DNA of 64,000 bases from contig DAOPYQ010000002.1 of the NCBI GenBank assembly GCA_035352955.1, positions 140,518-204,517 on the forward strand. Reading direction: 5' to 3'. This stretch comes from Candidatus Omnitrophota bacterium (GTDB lineage Bacteria; Omnitrophota; Omnitrophia; Omnitrophales; Aquincolibacteriaceae). Below, one piece after another: positions 1 through 9,368 of this stretch; within the stretch, counting starts at the first letter, position 1; every line of letters starts with the position of its first letter. The notes beneath the pieces were generated by a model. That model saw only the letters and a list, made by a program, of their open reading frames with translations. It searched no databases and was not told where the DNA came from. A program made the translations under genes and the position numbers.

Positions 1-2006
1 GACCATGTTGTGGAATTGTCAGCCGGCGCAACGAGCACCCCGTTCACGTAGACCGAGCTATAGGCGTCCTTGGCGCCCGAGATCGTCACGCTTTTCCCGT
101 TGAAGACCGCCGGAGTCGCAGGATCCAGCGCCGGCATCGCCGGAGCCACCGTTCCCGCGAGGGCCCTCGTCGCCCCGATCCGATAAACTTCAACTTCGCT
201 GTTTTGAAGGCGCGTGAGGCTTGGAATATCAGCCGTGCTCATCGAAACAGGCGATAGACTGATCCAAATATCGGGCGCTCCGCTCCAGGTAAAATAGACA
301 TGCGTTTTCACGGGAACGAACATGACCCCTTCCTGCACGAGAACTTTAGCCACTGTCGACCGACGCGCAAATTCGTTATACCGCGTTTCCATCGTCGCCA
401 TCGCCCAGCTTTGAGAAGCCCAGGTCGTATAGGGATTGGCCGTGGAGAAATGAGGCGTTGCCAAAAGACCGGCAAAAGCCATGACGCTCTGAGGGTCCAT
501 CCCCTCCAAGACCGCCAGATTATTTTTAAAATCCGCAGCATCAAATCCCGTCCCGACGCTCGGTTTGTTCGCCGCGTAGGATGTTAGCTGAGCATCCGAA
601 ATCGTCGGAGCGATGACCTGGCTTGTGGCAAAAAGCATCTTGGCAAGCGCTTGATCCCGAGCGCTCAGTCCGGAAAGCAAAATCGTCCGTTGCGCCGTGG
701 TATAGGTGGAGAGAGCCCATTGAAACGCCGCGCGCGACTGAAATAACGCATCATAAAAATTAGCCGGCATCGCAGGTTTCGTCAAAAGATCCTCAAGCGT
801 CCTGGAAAACTCCCGCGCGGCCGCGACGCCATCATTGTTGATGATGGTATCTTTATAAGTCGCCGTATTTCCCAATTGATCCCGGACTTGGTAAGAGACT
901 TCATTCGTCCCGAGGCGCGAGGGCAGCGTCACCGCACGCGTGGCGGCAAAGGCTTCCCACTCGGTCCAGGTCGTCCCGCCGTCCATTGAAAAACGCATCG
1001 CGTCAACCCCGGATCCGGAATCCGCGGCTTTTAAATTCAAAGTGACGGAGACAGAACTCGTGGACGCGGCGCCGTTATTGATCGCGACGGAGCCGGTCGG
1101 AGCGGTGGTATCACGGGTGATCTTAACGTACTGGGTCGCGGAGGAAATCCCAAGCGCGCTTTTCGCGACCAGAGAGATCGAATTGACCCCTTCCGATGAC
1201 AACTTAACACCCGAAGCCGTCCATGTGGTCGAAGCATCCGCCAAAGCGACCAGAATACCTTTCACATACACGGAACTATAGGCTTCCTTGGTTCCCGTAA
1301 GCGTCACAGTTGTCTGGTTCGTCAAAAGCGATGTCGCGGGGTCTGCCTGAGGCAATGCCGGCGCCGCAAGATCCAATCCGTTGAGTTTTACATAGAATGT
1401 TCCGCTCCGGTAAGTCGAGGTAGTATCGGTCTGATCCACAAAAAAATGGATCGCTTTGATGCGGGAACGGTCCAAGGCCGGATCGAGAAGCGATAAATCC
1501 ATGCTCCAATAGCGCTGGGACGAAGAAGACACCTGGGTTAGCTCAAACGTGCCGAAGTTCCCGTTTGCGTCTTCGAAACGAACATTCACCGTCTGCGCGT
1601 AGCCTAAAAGCCCTACGGTAATTTTCGCGAGGGAAGAAAGATCCCCTGTTTCCTGACCCGCGGTGCCGTAATTATCAAAATCCACGGTCATCCCCGACAC
1701 GGCACCCGCCGGCCTGACATCGTATTTTACCCCGATCGTTGTTGCCGAAAGGCTCAGGGAGCTGGTGCTGCTCGATCCCGCCATAACATACGGCAGCGGC
1801 GTCCCCGGAAGCGTCGTCACATTCGTACTGGTGAGACCCGGCGTGTAAGGAACTGTCACCGGCGCTGCGGCCGATTCGGCAACAAAAGCCTTCTCCGGGA
1901 CAGGATCATAAAGAGGAGCGTTGGGGTTGATCGGATCCGCGTAAAGAACAGGCATAGAAAAAAAGGCCATCGTAACGGCAAGCATCAACGCAAATGCAGA
2001 TCGCAT
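1..2006 (-). CDS. Secreted Ig-like repeat surface protein, partial (C-terminus lies beyond the window start). The N-terminus has signal peptide MRSAFALMLAVTMAFFSMPVLYA.
   Basis: Hand translation of the minus strand from ATG 2006..2004 gives an uninterrupted ~668-codon frame to position 1. RBS AAGGGGAG sits upstream. Internal repeats (…GxKxAYSSVYVxGxLVAxADxSTTW… twice) and a Big-like segment (TTAPTGSVAINNGAASTSSVSVTLNLKAADSGSGVDAMRFSMDGGTTWTEW) are present. Absent from the ORF track because it has no in-window stop. Confidence 0.7.
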   Translation of the reverse strand, partial: MRSAFALMLAVTMAFFSMPVLYADPINPNAPLYDPVPEKAFVAESAAAPVTVPYTPGLTSTNVTTLPGTPLPYVMAGSSSTSSLSLSATTIGVKYDVRPAGAVSGMTVDFDNYGTAGQETGDLSSLAKITVGLLGYAQTVNVRFEDANGNFGTFELTQVSSSSQRYWSMDLSLLDPALDRSRIKAIHFFVDQTDTTSTYRSGTFYVKLNGLDLAAPALPQADPATSLLTNQTTVTLTGTKEAYSSVYVKGILVALADASTTWTASGVKLSSEGVNSISLVAKSALGISSATQYVKITRDTTAPTGSVAINNGAASTSSVSVTLNLKAADSGSGVDAMRFSMDGGTTWTEWEAFAATRAVTLPSRLGTNEVSYQVRDQLGNTATYKDTIINNDGVAAAREFSRTLEDLLTKPAMPANFYDALFQSRAAFQWALSTYTTAQRTILLSGLSARDQALAKMLFATSQVIAPTISDAQLTSYAANKPSVGTGFDAADFKNNLAVLEGMDPQSVMAFAGLLATPHFSTANPYTTWASQSWAMATMETRYNEFARRSTVAKVLVQEGVMFVPVKTHVYFTWSGAPDIWISLSPVSMSTADIPSLTRLQNSEVEVYRIGATRALAGTVAPAMPALDPATPAVFNGKSVTISGAKDAYSSVYVNGVLVAPADNSTTW

Positions 2007-2175
2007 AGGTTCTCCCCTTGAAGAGTTTCAGGATTCGTGAGGTTAAAAAAGATGCCAAAAGATAACAGACGAACCTTGATCAGGCAAGGGAAACAGCGGT
2101 GCCTTTGTAGAGAGAAACCCGCTTTAAAAAGGGGCTAACAGAAACGCTATGGGAAAGACAGGAATGCTAGAAAAA

Positions 2176-2215
2176 GCACAAAAAAAAAGGGACGGTTCTC
2201 TGTGAGAACCGTCCC
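2176..2215 (-). terminator. Rho-independent terminator downstream of the autotransporter gene
   Basis: Perfect hairpin gggacggttctc-tgt-gagaaccgtccc (2189..2215), followed on the minus strand by a T-run (A-run 2176..2188 on the plus strand), directly 3' of the stop at 2228. Confidence 0.6.
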
Positions 2216-2227
2216 TTCATGGTGCTA

Positions 2228-5200
2228 TTAGAAATCGAAACGCGCGGTAGCGTAGTAGGTATTGCTCGCGTACTCGTCCTTGAGCTCCAGATCGTAGTTT
2301 GCCGTCAAGGTCATGTTCCCTTTGTTCAGGAACGCGAGTTCGCTGCCGAGCAACAAACCGCTCTTCGCCGGCTTGGCGCCCTGCGTGTTAAACGCAGGAC
2401 CACCGCCCTGGAACGATGCCGTGCTCTCGAACTGATCGCCGATGTAATCGTACATCCAGGCGGCTTTCAGCGCCGGGATGAACGTTCCCATCTTCTTCGA
2501 CACGATCGGGTACGCGAACCGGGTACCGAGAGCCTGCAAGAGCTCATTATAACCTTCCCCGTTCACGTTCAAATTCAACGCGTCCGCGCCCTTCTCCTTG
2601 TACTCGTTCATGCGGAGATAGCTGTATTGCAATGACGCAAACGGCGTCACCTCAAGGTTTTTCGTCTCCTTAAAGACGAAGGTGTAACCTGATTCCAACT
2701 TCGTCGTGTACTGCTGGCCGTGGTGATCCGCTTTGGCCAAGCGCCTCGTCGTAGGCGTCAGCCAGATCTCGCGACGGCTATCGTAGTTATTTTCCGTGAA
2801 CGCGATCGTCCCATCTACGTACCAGTTATCCTCAACCTGGTTACGCACCGCTTCCCGGGAATTCTTATTGCTGTGCCGGGCTTTGCAAAGATCCGTGGAA
2901 TCATAGCTTCCATAGATCGCGGCCTGCCAGCTGTCGATCGTGTTCGACGGACTCCCCGGAGTCTTGGAATTCACTTTCGCAAGACCATAACCGCCGGCAA
3001 GCCCCAGGCGAACGTGATTGTCCAACATCTTGTCCGTACCGAGAGTGGTCCCGAACAGATTGGCCTTGTAACCTTCAATGCCTTTCCGGGCATCCTGCTT
3101 CACGTGACTGCCAAGGCCCTGGATCCAGACCCCCATTCCCTCGATCATGTCCCCCGTCGAGACACCTCCCATACTATTCCTCGCGTTACCAAGACGGTTG
3201 CTCACGCTTCCCATGAAGAGATCGGTAGCCGCGAGACTGCCCTGTTCCGCGCCTCCGCTCGGATCGGGATTCATCGTATCGAGGGCGTTCCCGATTTGAT
3301 CGGGAGGAAGGGTGTCCAAGGTGTTGAGGACGTTCAACATATCCCCTGTCGCTCCGTTCTGGCCGGCCTGTTCAAGCGCGGCTCCAGCTGCCTGACCGTT
3401 CGAGTTCGCGGTCGTATTCTGGTTGTAGGCTCCCGAACGCACCGCCGTCAGGATCAGGTCTCCGCCGGACGCGGAACCCGTGAAAGTAACGATGGAACTG
3501 CTTGAGTTGATCGTCAAATTCGCCGGAGTAATCGTGCCTCCCGCCGCGCCGTCCACAATCTTGAACGTCGTACCGCCGGCAATGTACTCACTGCCCACGG
3601 TAACATTAATGGTGCTCGCGGCAGTCATCGTCGCGTTCCCCGCCGTCGCCACAATGTTCCCGAACACCGACGCACTGTCGATGTTCAGATTCAGCGACGC
3701 ACCGGCACCCTGCGTGTAAGCCCCCGTCAGAAGGGTCAGGGTGTTAGAGCCGAGCGTCAGACCCGCGTTGTTGGTCACCGCACCGCCCGTTGAAAGAGAA
3801 TTGTTGTACGAAAGAGTCCCGGCGCTCACTAACGTCGTGCCATCATACGTGTTGGCATTCCCGAACGTCAAAGTTCCGGTACCGACCTTCGTAATCCCCC
3901 CAGTCCCGCTGATCACACCGGAGTAAGTCGTGCTTGTTGCATCGCCCACCGTCAGCGTTCCGCTTCCGAGCGTCACGTTACCGCCCGTGGTTCCGCCTCC
4001 GGAAAGAGATCCGACCGTCTGGTTAAAATCGTCCAGATCAAGGGCCGCCGAACCGACATTCGCAAGCGTTACCGCGGAACCGGAGCCAAAAGCCTTGCCC
4101 CCGGCCGCCGCGCCGGCCCTTAAGATACCGGCCGTGACCGTCGTAGTTCCGGTATAAAGATTGGTCCCCGAAAGCACAAGCGCCGATGTCGCGCTATTCT
4201 GGACAACGCCCGTGACGTTCGTCCCGATCACACCCGTGACCGCGCTTGTGCCGGTGCTGGTCCCCGAATTCGTGACCGTCCCGGTATTGTTGACCGCCCC
4301 CAACGTTACGCCCGAGGCAAGGTTGCTGTTGTTTTTCAGGGTCAGATTACCGGTCCCCGCGACGGCGCTGGAAACCGTCAATGCCGCACCACCGGCAGCG
4401 TTCGTAAGCGTCGTACCGGCCGTGTTCACGGTTAAGGCTGTCGTTTGGACCGTCAAGCCTGAGGTCGTGCTATTCTGAGTGATCCCCGTCACATTCGCGC
4501 CCACGCCGCCACTAATGATATTAGTGGCATTTCCAGCGCCTGAGTTTGTGATTGTGCCGGTGTTATTGACGCTCGTTCCGGACAGAGTGATCGCGTTACC
4601 CGCGGTAGCGTCCAGGGTGAGATTGCCTGCTCCGGTGATCCCACCCGTGAGCTCGAGTGTCGAACCGGCGGTGGACAAGGTAAGGGCGTGAGTGTTGAGC
4701 CCCACCGCGCCGCTAAAGATGCTGGCCGCGCTTGAGGTGATCGTTGCCGTGCCCGTGTTCCCGCCTGCGATCGAGATCGCGTTAGCAAACGTTCCGGCAA
4801 GACCCCCGTTCAACGTAGCGTTGTTCGCGCCGGCAGAGTCACCCACCGTGATCGTACCCGTGCCAAAAGCGGCCGCATTGGTGGTTCCCGAAAGCGTCCC
4901 CGCCTTGATCGTGGTGCCACCACCATAGGTGTTGTTCCCGGAAAGAACTGTAGTCCCGGCACCTTCTTTCGTAACGGCACTGCTGGCACCGGCAAGGACG
5001 GCGCTGACCGTCCCGGTATTCGTCAGGGAATAGGAACTCCCCGTAAGTTTTCCCGCGCCGCTGACCGTACCACCTGAAATCGTAACAGCGCCGACCGTTT
5101 CGTCTGTCGCAACATCAAGCGTGCCTCCGGTAACTACCACCGCCGAGGTGTCCTTAATGGCAGCTCCGTCCGAGAGAGTTAACGTTCCTTCTTCAACGGT

Positions 5201-5830
5201 GGTCGTTCCGCCATAGGTATTTGTCCCGGAAAGGACCCAAGTCCCGATTCCGTTCTTTCTCACGTGCAGCGAAGCCCCGCTAATGTCACCGCTGATCGTG
5301 TTGCTCCCGGTATCCGAGCCATTCAACGTAAGCTGGCCCATCCCCGAACCAGTGACCGAGCCCGTAACATTCATCACAAAAGCATCATTGGCGCTGTTAT
5401 TCGTAAAGGTCGCACTTCCGGCTAACGTGACATCCGCCGCGATCGTTTGGGTGGTAACCACATTGTCATTCATGACGATCGATCCGCCGTCATCGATCGT
5501 AAGCGTGTCCGTTCCCGCGCGTCCTATCGTGTAGCTCGCAAGATCCGCCGCTGAATTGTCAAATTGGATGTCCCTTATCGTTTTCGCCCCAGGGGTACCC
5601 GGAGGATCAAACCGGTTATCAAGAGAAATCAAAGTATGTCCGCTTCCGTCTGAGCTAAATGTCGCCTTCTCGCCTGTGCCAGGAATGGTGTTGTTCAGCC
5701 AGTTTCCCGTACTTCCCCAAACGCCATCGCCTCCGCCACCGGTCCAAACACTACCGTCTCCCGCAAGCGCCGAAACCGCGGGAAAAAGAAAACAAAAAGA
5801 TACCAACGCGATCAATAAGTTCTTTTTCAT
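2228..5830 (-). CDS. Autotransporter adhesin: signal peptide, long Gly/Thr/Ser-rich passenger with autotransporter-associated beta-strand (PATR-like) repeats, and a C-terminal beta-barrel translocator.
   Basis: 1200-aa ORF with N-terminal MKKNLLIALVSFCFLFPAVSALA. Repeated motifs xNTYxGGTTVxxGTLxL. C-terminal ~280 aa resemble an autotransporter beta-domain and end in an aromatic residue (…ATARFDF). RBS AGGAG. Confidence 0.8.
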   Translation of the reverse strand: MKKNLLIALVSFCFLFPAVSALAGDGSVWTGGGGDGVWGSTGNWLNNTIPGTGEKATFSSDGSGHTLISLDNRFDPPGTPGAKTIRDIQFDNSAADLASYTIGRAGTDTLTIDDGGSIVMNDNVVTTQTIAADVTLAGSATFTNNSANDAFVMNVTGSVTGSGMGQLTLNGSDTGSNTISGDISGASLHVRKNGIGTWVLSGTNTYGGTTTVEEGTLTLSDGAAIKDTSAVVVTGGTLDVATDETVGAVTISGGTVSGAGKLTGSSYSLTNTGTVSAVLAGASSAVTKEGAGTTVLSGNNTYGGGTTIKAGTLSGTTNAAAFGTGTITVGDSAGANNATLNGGLAGTFANAISIAGGNTGTATITSSAASIFSGAVGLNTHALTLSTAGSTLELTGGITGAGNLTLDATAGNAITLSGTSVNNTGTITNSGAGNATNIISGGVGANVTGITQNSTTSGLTVQTTALTVNTAGTTLTNAAGGAALTVSSAVAGTGNLTLKNNSNLASGVTLGAVNNTGTVTNSGTSTGTSAVTGVIGTNVTGVVQNSATSALVLSGTNLYTGTTTVTAGILRAGAAAGGKAFGSGSAVTLANVGSAALDLDDFNQTVGSLSGGGTTGGNVTLGSGTLTVGDATSTTYSGVISGTGGITKVGTGTLTFGNANTYDGTTLVSAGTLSYNNSLSTGGAVTNNAGLTLGSNTLTLLTGAYTQGAGASLNLNIDSASVFGNIVATAGNATMTAASTINVTVGSEYIAGGTTFKIVDGAAGGTITPANLTINSSSSIVTFTGSASGGDLILTAVRSGAYNQNTTANSNGQAAGAALEQAGQNGATGDMLNVLNTLDTLPPDQIGNALDTMNPDPSGGAEQGSLAATDLFMGSVSNRLGNARNSMGGVSTGDMIEGMGVWIQGLGSHVKQDARKGIEGYKANLFGTTLGTDKMLDNHVRLGLAGGYGLAKVNSKTPGSPSNTIDSWQAAIYGSYDSTDLCKARHSNKNSREAVRNQVEDNWYVDGTIAFTENNYDSRREIWLTPTTRRLAKADHHGQQYTTKLESGYTFVFKETKNLEVTPFASLQYSYLRMNEYKEKGADALNLNVNGEGYNELLQALGTRFAYPIVSKKMGTFIPALKAAWMYDYIGDQFESTASFQGGGPAFNTQGAKPAKSGLLLGSELAFLNKGNMTLTANYDLELKDEYASNTYYATARFDF

Positions 5831-6077
5831 GAGGAGACTCCTAAGTTGTTGTTCAAAATCTCACTTAAGAAAAGGCTTGGGACCCGGCGTAAATTCAGCC
5901 TGCCCGAAACCCCTTAAAGACACCTAAAAAACCAAAAAAGGGCTCTGAGACCTATCGTAATTTACGGCCAATCTTCCAAAAACTCAAGGAGAAAGCCTCG
6001 CTTGAAGAAATTTCTGTTTGGAGGATGACCCCAGCGTTATAAGATATCCGCGAAGTTAGAATTCGGAGCTTTTCCCT

Positions 6078-7211
6078 ATGGACGAAAAACCGGTATTAAG
6101 CGTGATTCTCCCCTGCCTTAACGAAGAGGCCGGCTTGGAATTCTGCCTCCCCAGGATCAAATCCGTCCTCTCCCGGGTCAACGTCCCTTCGGAAATGATC
6201 GTGATCGACAACGGGTCTAGCGACCGAAGCGCCGAAATCGCCTTGAGAAGCGGTGCACGGGTCGTGCAGGAACCCGTGCCAGGATATGGCGCGGCGTGCA
6301 TGAAAGGGCTTGAAAGCGCCCGGGGAGAATATTGCTTTATCGCCGACGCGGACGGTTCTTACGATTTTGAGGAAATTCCTAAATTTCTGGCGGCACTCGC
6401 CGGAGGGTGGGACTTTGTCATCGGGAACCGGTTTAAGGGCAGAATCGATCCGGGGGCCATGCCTTGGTCACACCGCCACATCGGCAACCCGGTGCTTTCC
6501 TCCGTTCTGAGACTTTTTTTCAATACCAAGATCCACGACACGCACTGCGGTATGCGCGCGATCACCCAAAAAGCGTACCAAAACCTCGGTTTGATGACGA
6601 CCGGCATGGAATTCGCCTCAGAAATGATCGTGATGGCCTTGAAAAAAAATCTCCGGATCTTCGAGATTCCCGTCAATTACCATGTCAGGAAAGGCATTTC
6701 GAAGCTAAAGCGGATCTCCGACGGATGGCGGCACCTCCGGTTCATGCTCCTCTACAAACCCTTTTTTCTGTTCTTTGTCCCCGGGATATTGATGCTTTCC
6801 TTGGGATTGATCTCCCTGCCTCTTTTTTATTTCGATGCCGTCAGCCTTCCCGGGATCCGGTTCTATTATCACCCGATGTTCCTTTCTTCGCTTTTTATCA
6901 TCACGGGATTCCAGCTGGTCCTCTTCGCGCTCTTTGCAAAAACCTACGCGATCACCCATCTAGACGACACTCCGGTCCTCGAAAGATTTTACCGGCATAT
7001 GAACATCGAACGGGCCAGCCTTGTAGGGCTAGCCTGCATAGGGCTTGGAGGATTCGTCTACTTGGCGATTTTTGTGAAATGGGTGGGGACCAACCTGGGA
7101 GCCCTTAATGAAGTTAAGAACGCGATCCTGGCTCTCACGCTCATGGTGCTTGGGATCCAAACGGTTTTCTCCGCTTTCATGCTCAGCATCCTCGGGATCA
7201 AACGGAAATAA
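6078..7211 (+). CDS. Family-2 glycosyltransferase with C-terminal transmembrane helices (polyprenyl-phosphate sugar transferase-like, DPM1/GtrB/ArnC class)
   Basis: N-terminal LSVILPCLNEE…VIDNGSSD…DADGSY GT-A motifs and 3-4 C-terminal hydrophobic helices. Confidence 0.75.
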   Translation: MDEKPVLSVILPCLNEEAGLEFCLPRIKSVLSRVNVPSEMIVIDNGSSDRSAEIALRSGARVVQEPVPGYGAACMKGLESARGEYCFIADADGSYDFEEIPKFLAALAGGWDFVIGNRFKGRIDPGAMPWSHRHIGNPVLSSVLRLFFNTKIHDTHCGMRAITQKAYQNLGLMTTGMEFASEMIVMALKKNLRIFEIPVNYHVRKGISKLKRISDGWRHLRFMLLYKPFFLFFVPGILMLSLGLISLPLFYFDAVSLPGIRFYYHPMFLSSLFIITGFQLVLFALFAKTYAITHLDDTPVLERFYRHMNIERASLVGLACIGLGGFVYLAIFVKWVGTNLGALNEVKNAILALTLMVLGIQTVFSAFMLSILGIKRK

Positions 7212-7234
7212 CGATCCCGCGGGCCGGAAAAGGC

Positions 7235-8254
7235 TTATACGTTCCCTGGAAAAAACTTCCGCCACCGGCTGATCACCCTGGTAAAGGGAACGGTCCGGAA
7301 ACAACGCTTTCGGAAATTCAGAAGCCCCTCCGCGGCAGCGATCAATTTCAAACCCAGCTCCGGCTTCCCCCGGTAATACCGCGCCAGGTCCTCCTTTATA
7401 AAATGAAGGATTTCGTCAAAGGGCTTTTCTGACAGCAACAAGACCTCGCCGAAACCGAAAAGATGCTCCGGAAGTTTTTCGGGAAAATGCTTGGCGAGAA
7501 ACCTCAACCGGTTCTTCAAAATAAGCGCCGGTCTCAAAACGCTTTTCTTCCGGGATCCATGTAACCGGTGCCGCACAAGACTGCGCGGCGCGAAAATCAC
7601 TTTGTATCCGAGTCCTCGTAACCGGTAATTCATGTCCAGATCTTCCGAATACATGCGAAAATCCTCATCAAACAACCCAGCTTCTTCCAATGCCTCTTTT
7701 TTATAAAGCACCGCAACATTGGAAACGCTGATCACTTCTTCGGTCTCGGAATATTGCCCCCGATCGCGTTCTCCAAGACCGCGGTCGCCCCAATGATAAT
7801 TGGGAAGCTGTTCATGTCCGCAACTTTGGATCCTTCCGTCCATGAAAAGCACTTTGCTGCCCACCGCCCCGACATCTTCTAAAGATTGAGCCGCCCGGAC
7901 AAGTTCGATCAGCCATCGCCGGTCGACCTTCGTATCGTTGTTCAGTAACGCGACATACTCCCCGCGCGTTTCCCGGATCCCGAGATTGTTCGCGCGGCAA
8001 TAGTTGTTGCACTCATTCTGAAGGAGCCGAACCTCCGGATAATTCCGGCGAAGATACTTCAACGAACCGTCTGTGGAACCGTTATCGATCACAAACACTT
8101 CGCGCCGGTCGCCGGGATAATCCAGTTTCCGCAGTTCCTCCAGGCATTCTTTCAGCAAACGCTTCCCGTTGTAATGAACGATAAGGATCGTTACGAACGG
8201 AAGCGCTTTCTCCTGTTTCGGATCCTCAGCTCGCATGAACCGGATTCCTTTCAC
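7235..8254 (-). CDS. Family-2 glycosyltransferase
   Basis: VTILIVHYNGKRLLKECL…FVIDNGSTDGS… GT-A fold motifs and a DxD-like LNNDT. Its 5' end overlaps the upstream gene by 29 nt (8226..8254). Confidence 0.75.
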   Translation of the reverse strand: MKGIRFMRAEDPKQEKALPFVTILIVHYNGKRLLKECLEELRKLDYPGDRREVFVIDNGSTDGSLKYLRRNYPEVRLLQNECNNYCRANNLGIRETRGEYVALLNNDTKVDRRWLIELVRAAQSLEDVGAVGSKVLFMDGRIQSCGHEQLPNYHWGDRGLGERDRGQYSETEEVISVSNVAVLYKKEALEEAGLFDEDFRMYSEDLDMNYRLRGLGYKVIFAPRSLVRHRLHGSRKKSVLRPALILKNRLRFLAKHFPEKLPEHLFGFGEVLLLSEKPFDEILHFIKEDLARYYRGKPELGLKLIAAAEGLLNFRKRCFRTVPFTRVISRWRKFFPGNV

Positions 8255-9368
8255 ACCCCGGCGCGGGGCTCAAAGATATTTGTTCTTTGATCTTTTCAAT
8301 AAACACTGCCGTGTCAAATTCCCGGGCGCGCACCCGGCAGGCCTCGCGGTATTTCGCGGGATCCGCATCCAATTCTTTTCCGAGCATTTGGATCGTCCCG
8401 CGAAGTTTGTCTTCATCAATATCCCGGATCAAAACACCCGTTTTAGCGTGAACCACCGTCTCACGGTAACCACCTTCCTCCGGGGCAATGACCGGCTTGC
8501 CCGAAGCCATCGCCTCCACGACATTCATGCCAAAGTCCTCGTCCTGCGCAGTCGTAATAAAACCCTTACAATGTGCGTACAATTCTACCAGTTCTTCGTG
8601 AGAGACCCAGCTTTTGATCTCGACATTCTCCGGTTTTATCCTCGTACAATAGGCCGCATAGTCAAGAAAATGGTTCGACTGCTCGTAGCTCCCGACAATG
8701 ATCAGCCGCTCCCCGGGAAGTCCCGCAAAAGCATTCATCTGAAGGTCGATCCTCTTGTGCCGGATAAGCCGGTTCACCGAAAGCCAGTAACCCTCCGGCG
8801 GCGCATAGCGGAATTTTGAAGTCTCGACCGGCGGATGAATCACAACGGCTTCTTTGCCGAGAAATTTCGCCACTCTTTTTTTTGTATTTTCCGAATTGCA
8901 AACCACCCGCTCCACGGCTTTGACATATTTCCGGTTAAGATAACGGTTCACAATAACCCAAAGATCAAAAAATAACCGCCCCCAGAATGGAACCATTGTT
9001 TTTCTCACGTACGAATAAAGGTCCCATATCTCGCGGATCGGCGAATGGACATACCAGAGATTGGAACGGTTCTTCACCGCTCCCGACATGGCCCAGTCGC
9101 CGGCGATAACAAAAAAGTCGTATTTCTTTTTCAGGTCCAACCGCCGGAACTTCCCCAGGGCGATCTGCTGCCGCCAAGGCGGGTTGAGCGGGATCTTTCC
9201 GATCGAGAAAATCCTCGGGAGCACGTCGGCGAACCCCATGCTGCGGATCTTCTCGGGATCCGTGTTGGTCGTATAAATATCGGCGTTCAATTCCCGGGCA
9301 AGCGTCAGAGAAACGATCTCCGCCCCTCCGATGTTATCGATAAAATTGTGGAAGATCGCGATCCTCAT
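8226..9368 (-). CDS. Family-4 (GT-B) glycosyltransferase
   Basis: Start chosen at MRIAIFHNF (ATG 9368..9366), which forms an ATGA overlap with the stop of the upstream TMTC-like gene. C-terminal EAMASGKPVIAPEEGGYRETV retaining-GT4 motif. Confidence 0.7.
   Translation of the reverse strand: MRIAIFHNFIDNIGGAEIVSLTLARELNADIYTTNTDPEKIRSMGFADVLPRIFSIGKIPLNPPWRQQIALGKFRRLDLKKKYDFFVIAGDWAMSGAVKNRSNLWYVHSPIREIWDLYSYVRKTMVPFWGRLFFDLWVIVNRYLNRKYVKAVERVVCNSENTKKRVAKFLGKEAVVIHPPVETSKFRYAPPEGYWLSVNRLIRHKRIDLQMNAFAGLPGERLIIVGSYEQSNHFLDYAAYCTRIKPENVEIKSWVSHEELVELYAHCKGFITTAQDEDFGMNVVEAMASGKPVIAPEEGGYRETVVHAKTGVLIRDIDEDKLRGTIQMLGKELDADPAKYREACRVRAREFDTAVFIEKIKEQISLSPAPGCERNPVHAS

Noticed and set aside
2219-5534. 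Series of plus-strand ORFs (2219-2635, 2720-3505, 3480-3719 … 5283-5534; P/V/T-rich translations) inside the autotransporter gene
   Set aside because: These are antisense shadow ORFs created by the GC-rich, Gly/Thr-codon-biased minus-strand gene. The minus-strand product has a signal peptide, PATR repeats and a beta-barrel end, whereas the plus-strand translations are low-complexity and lack starts and RBS.
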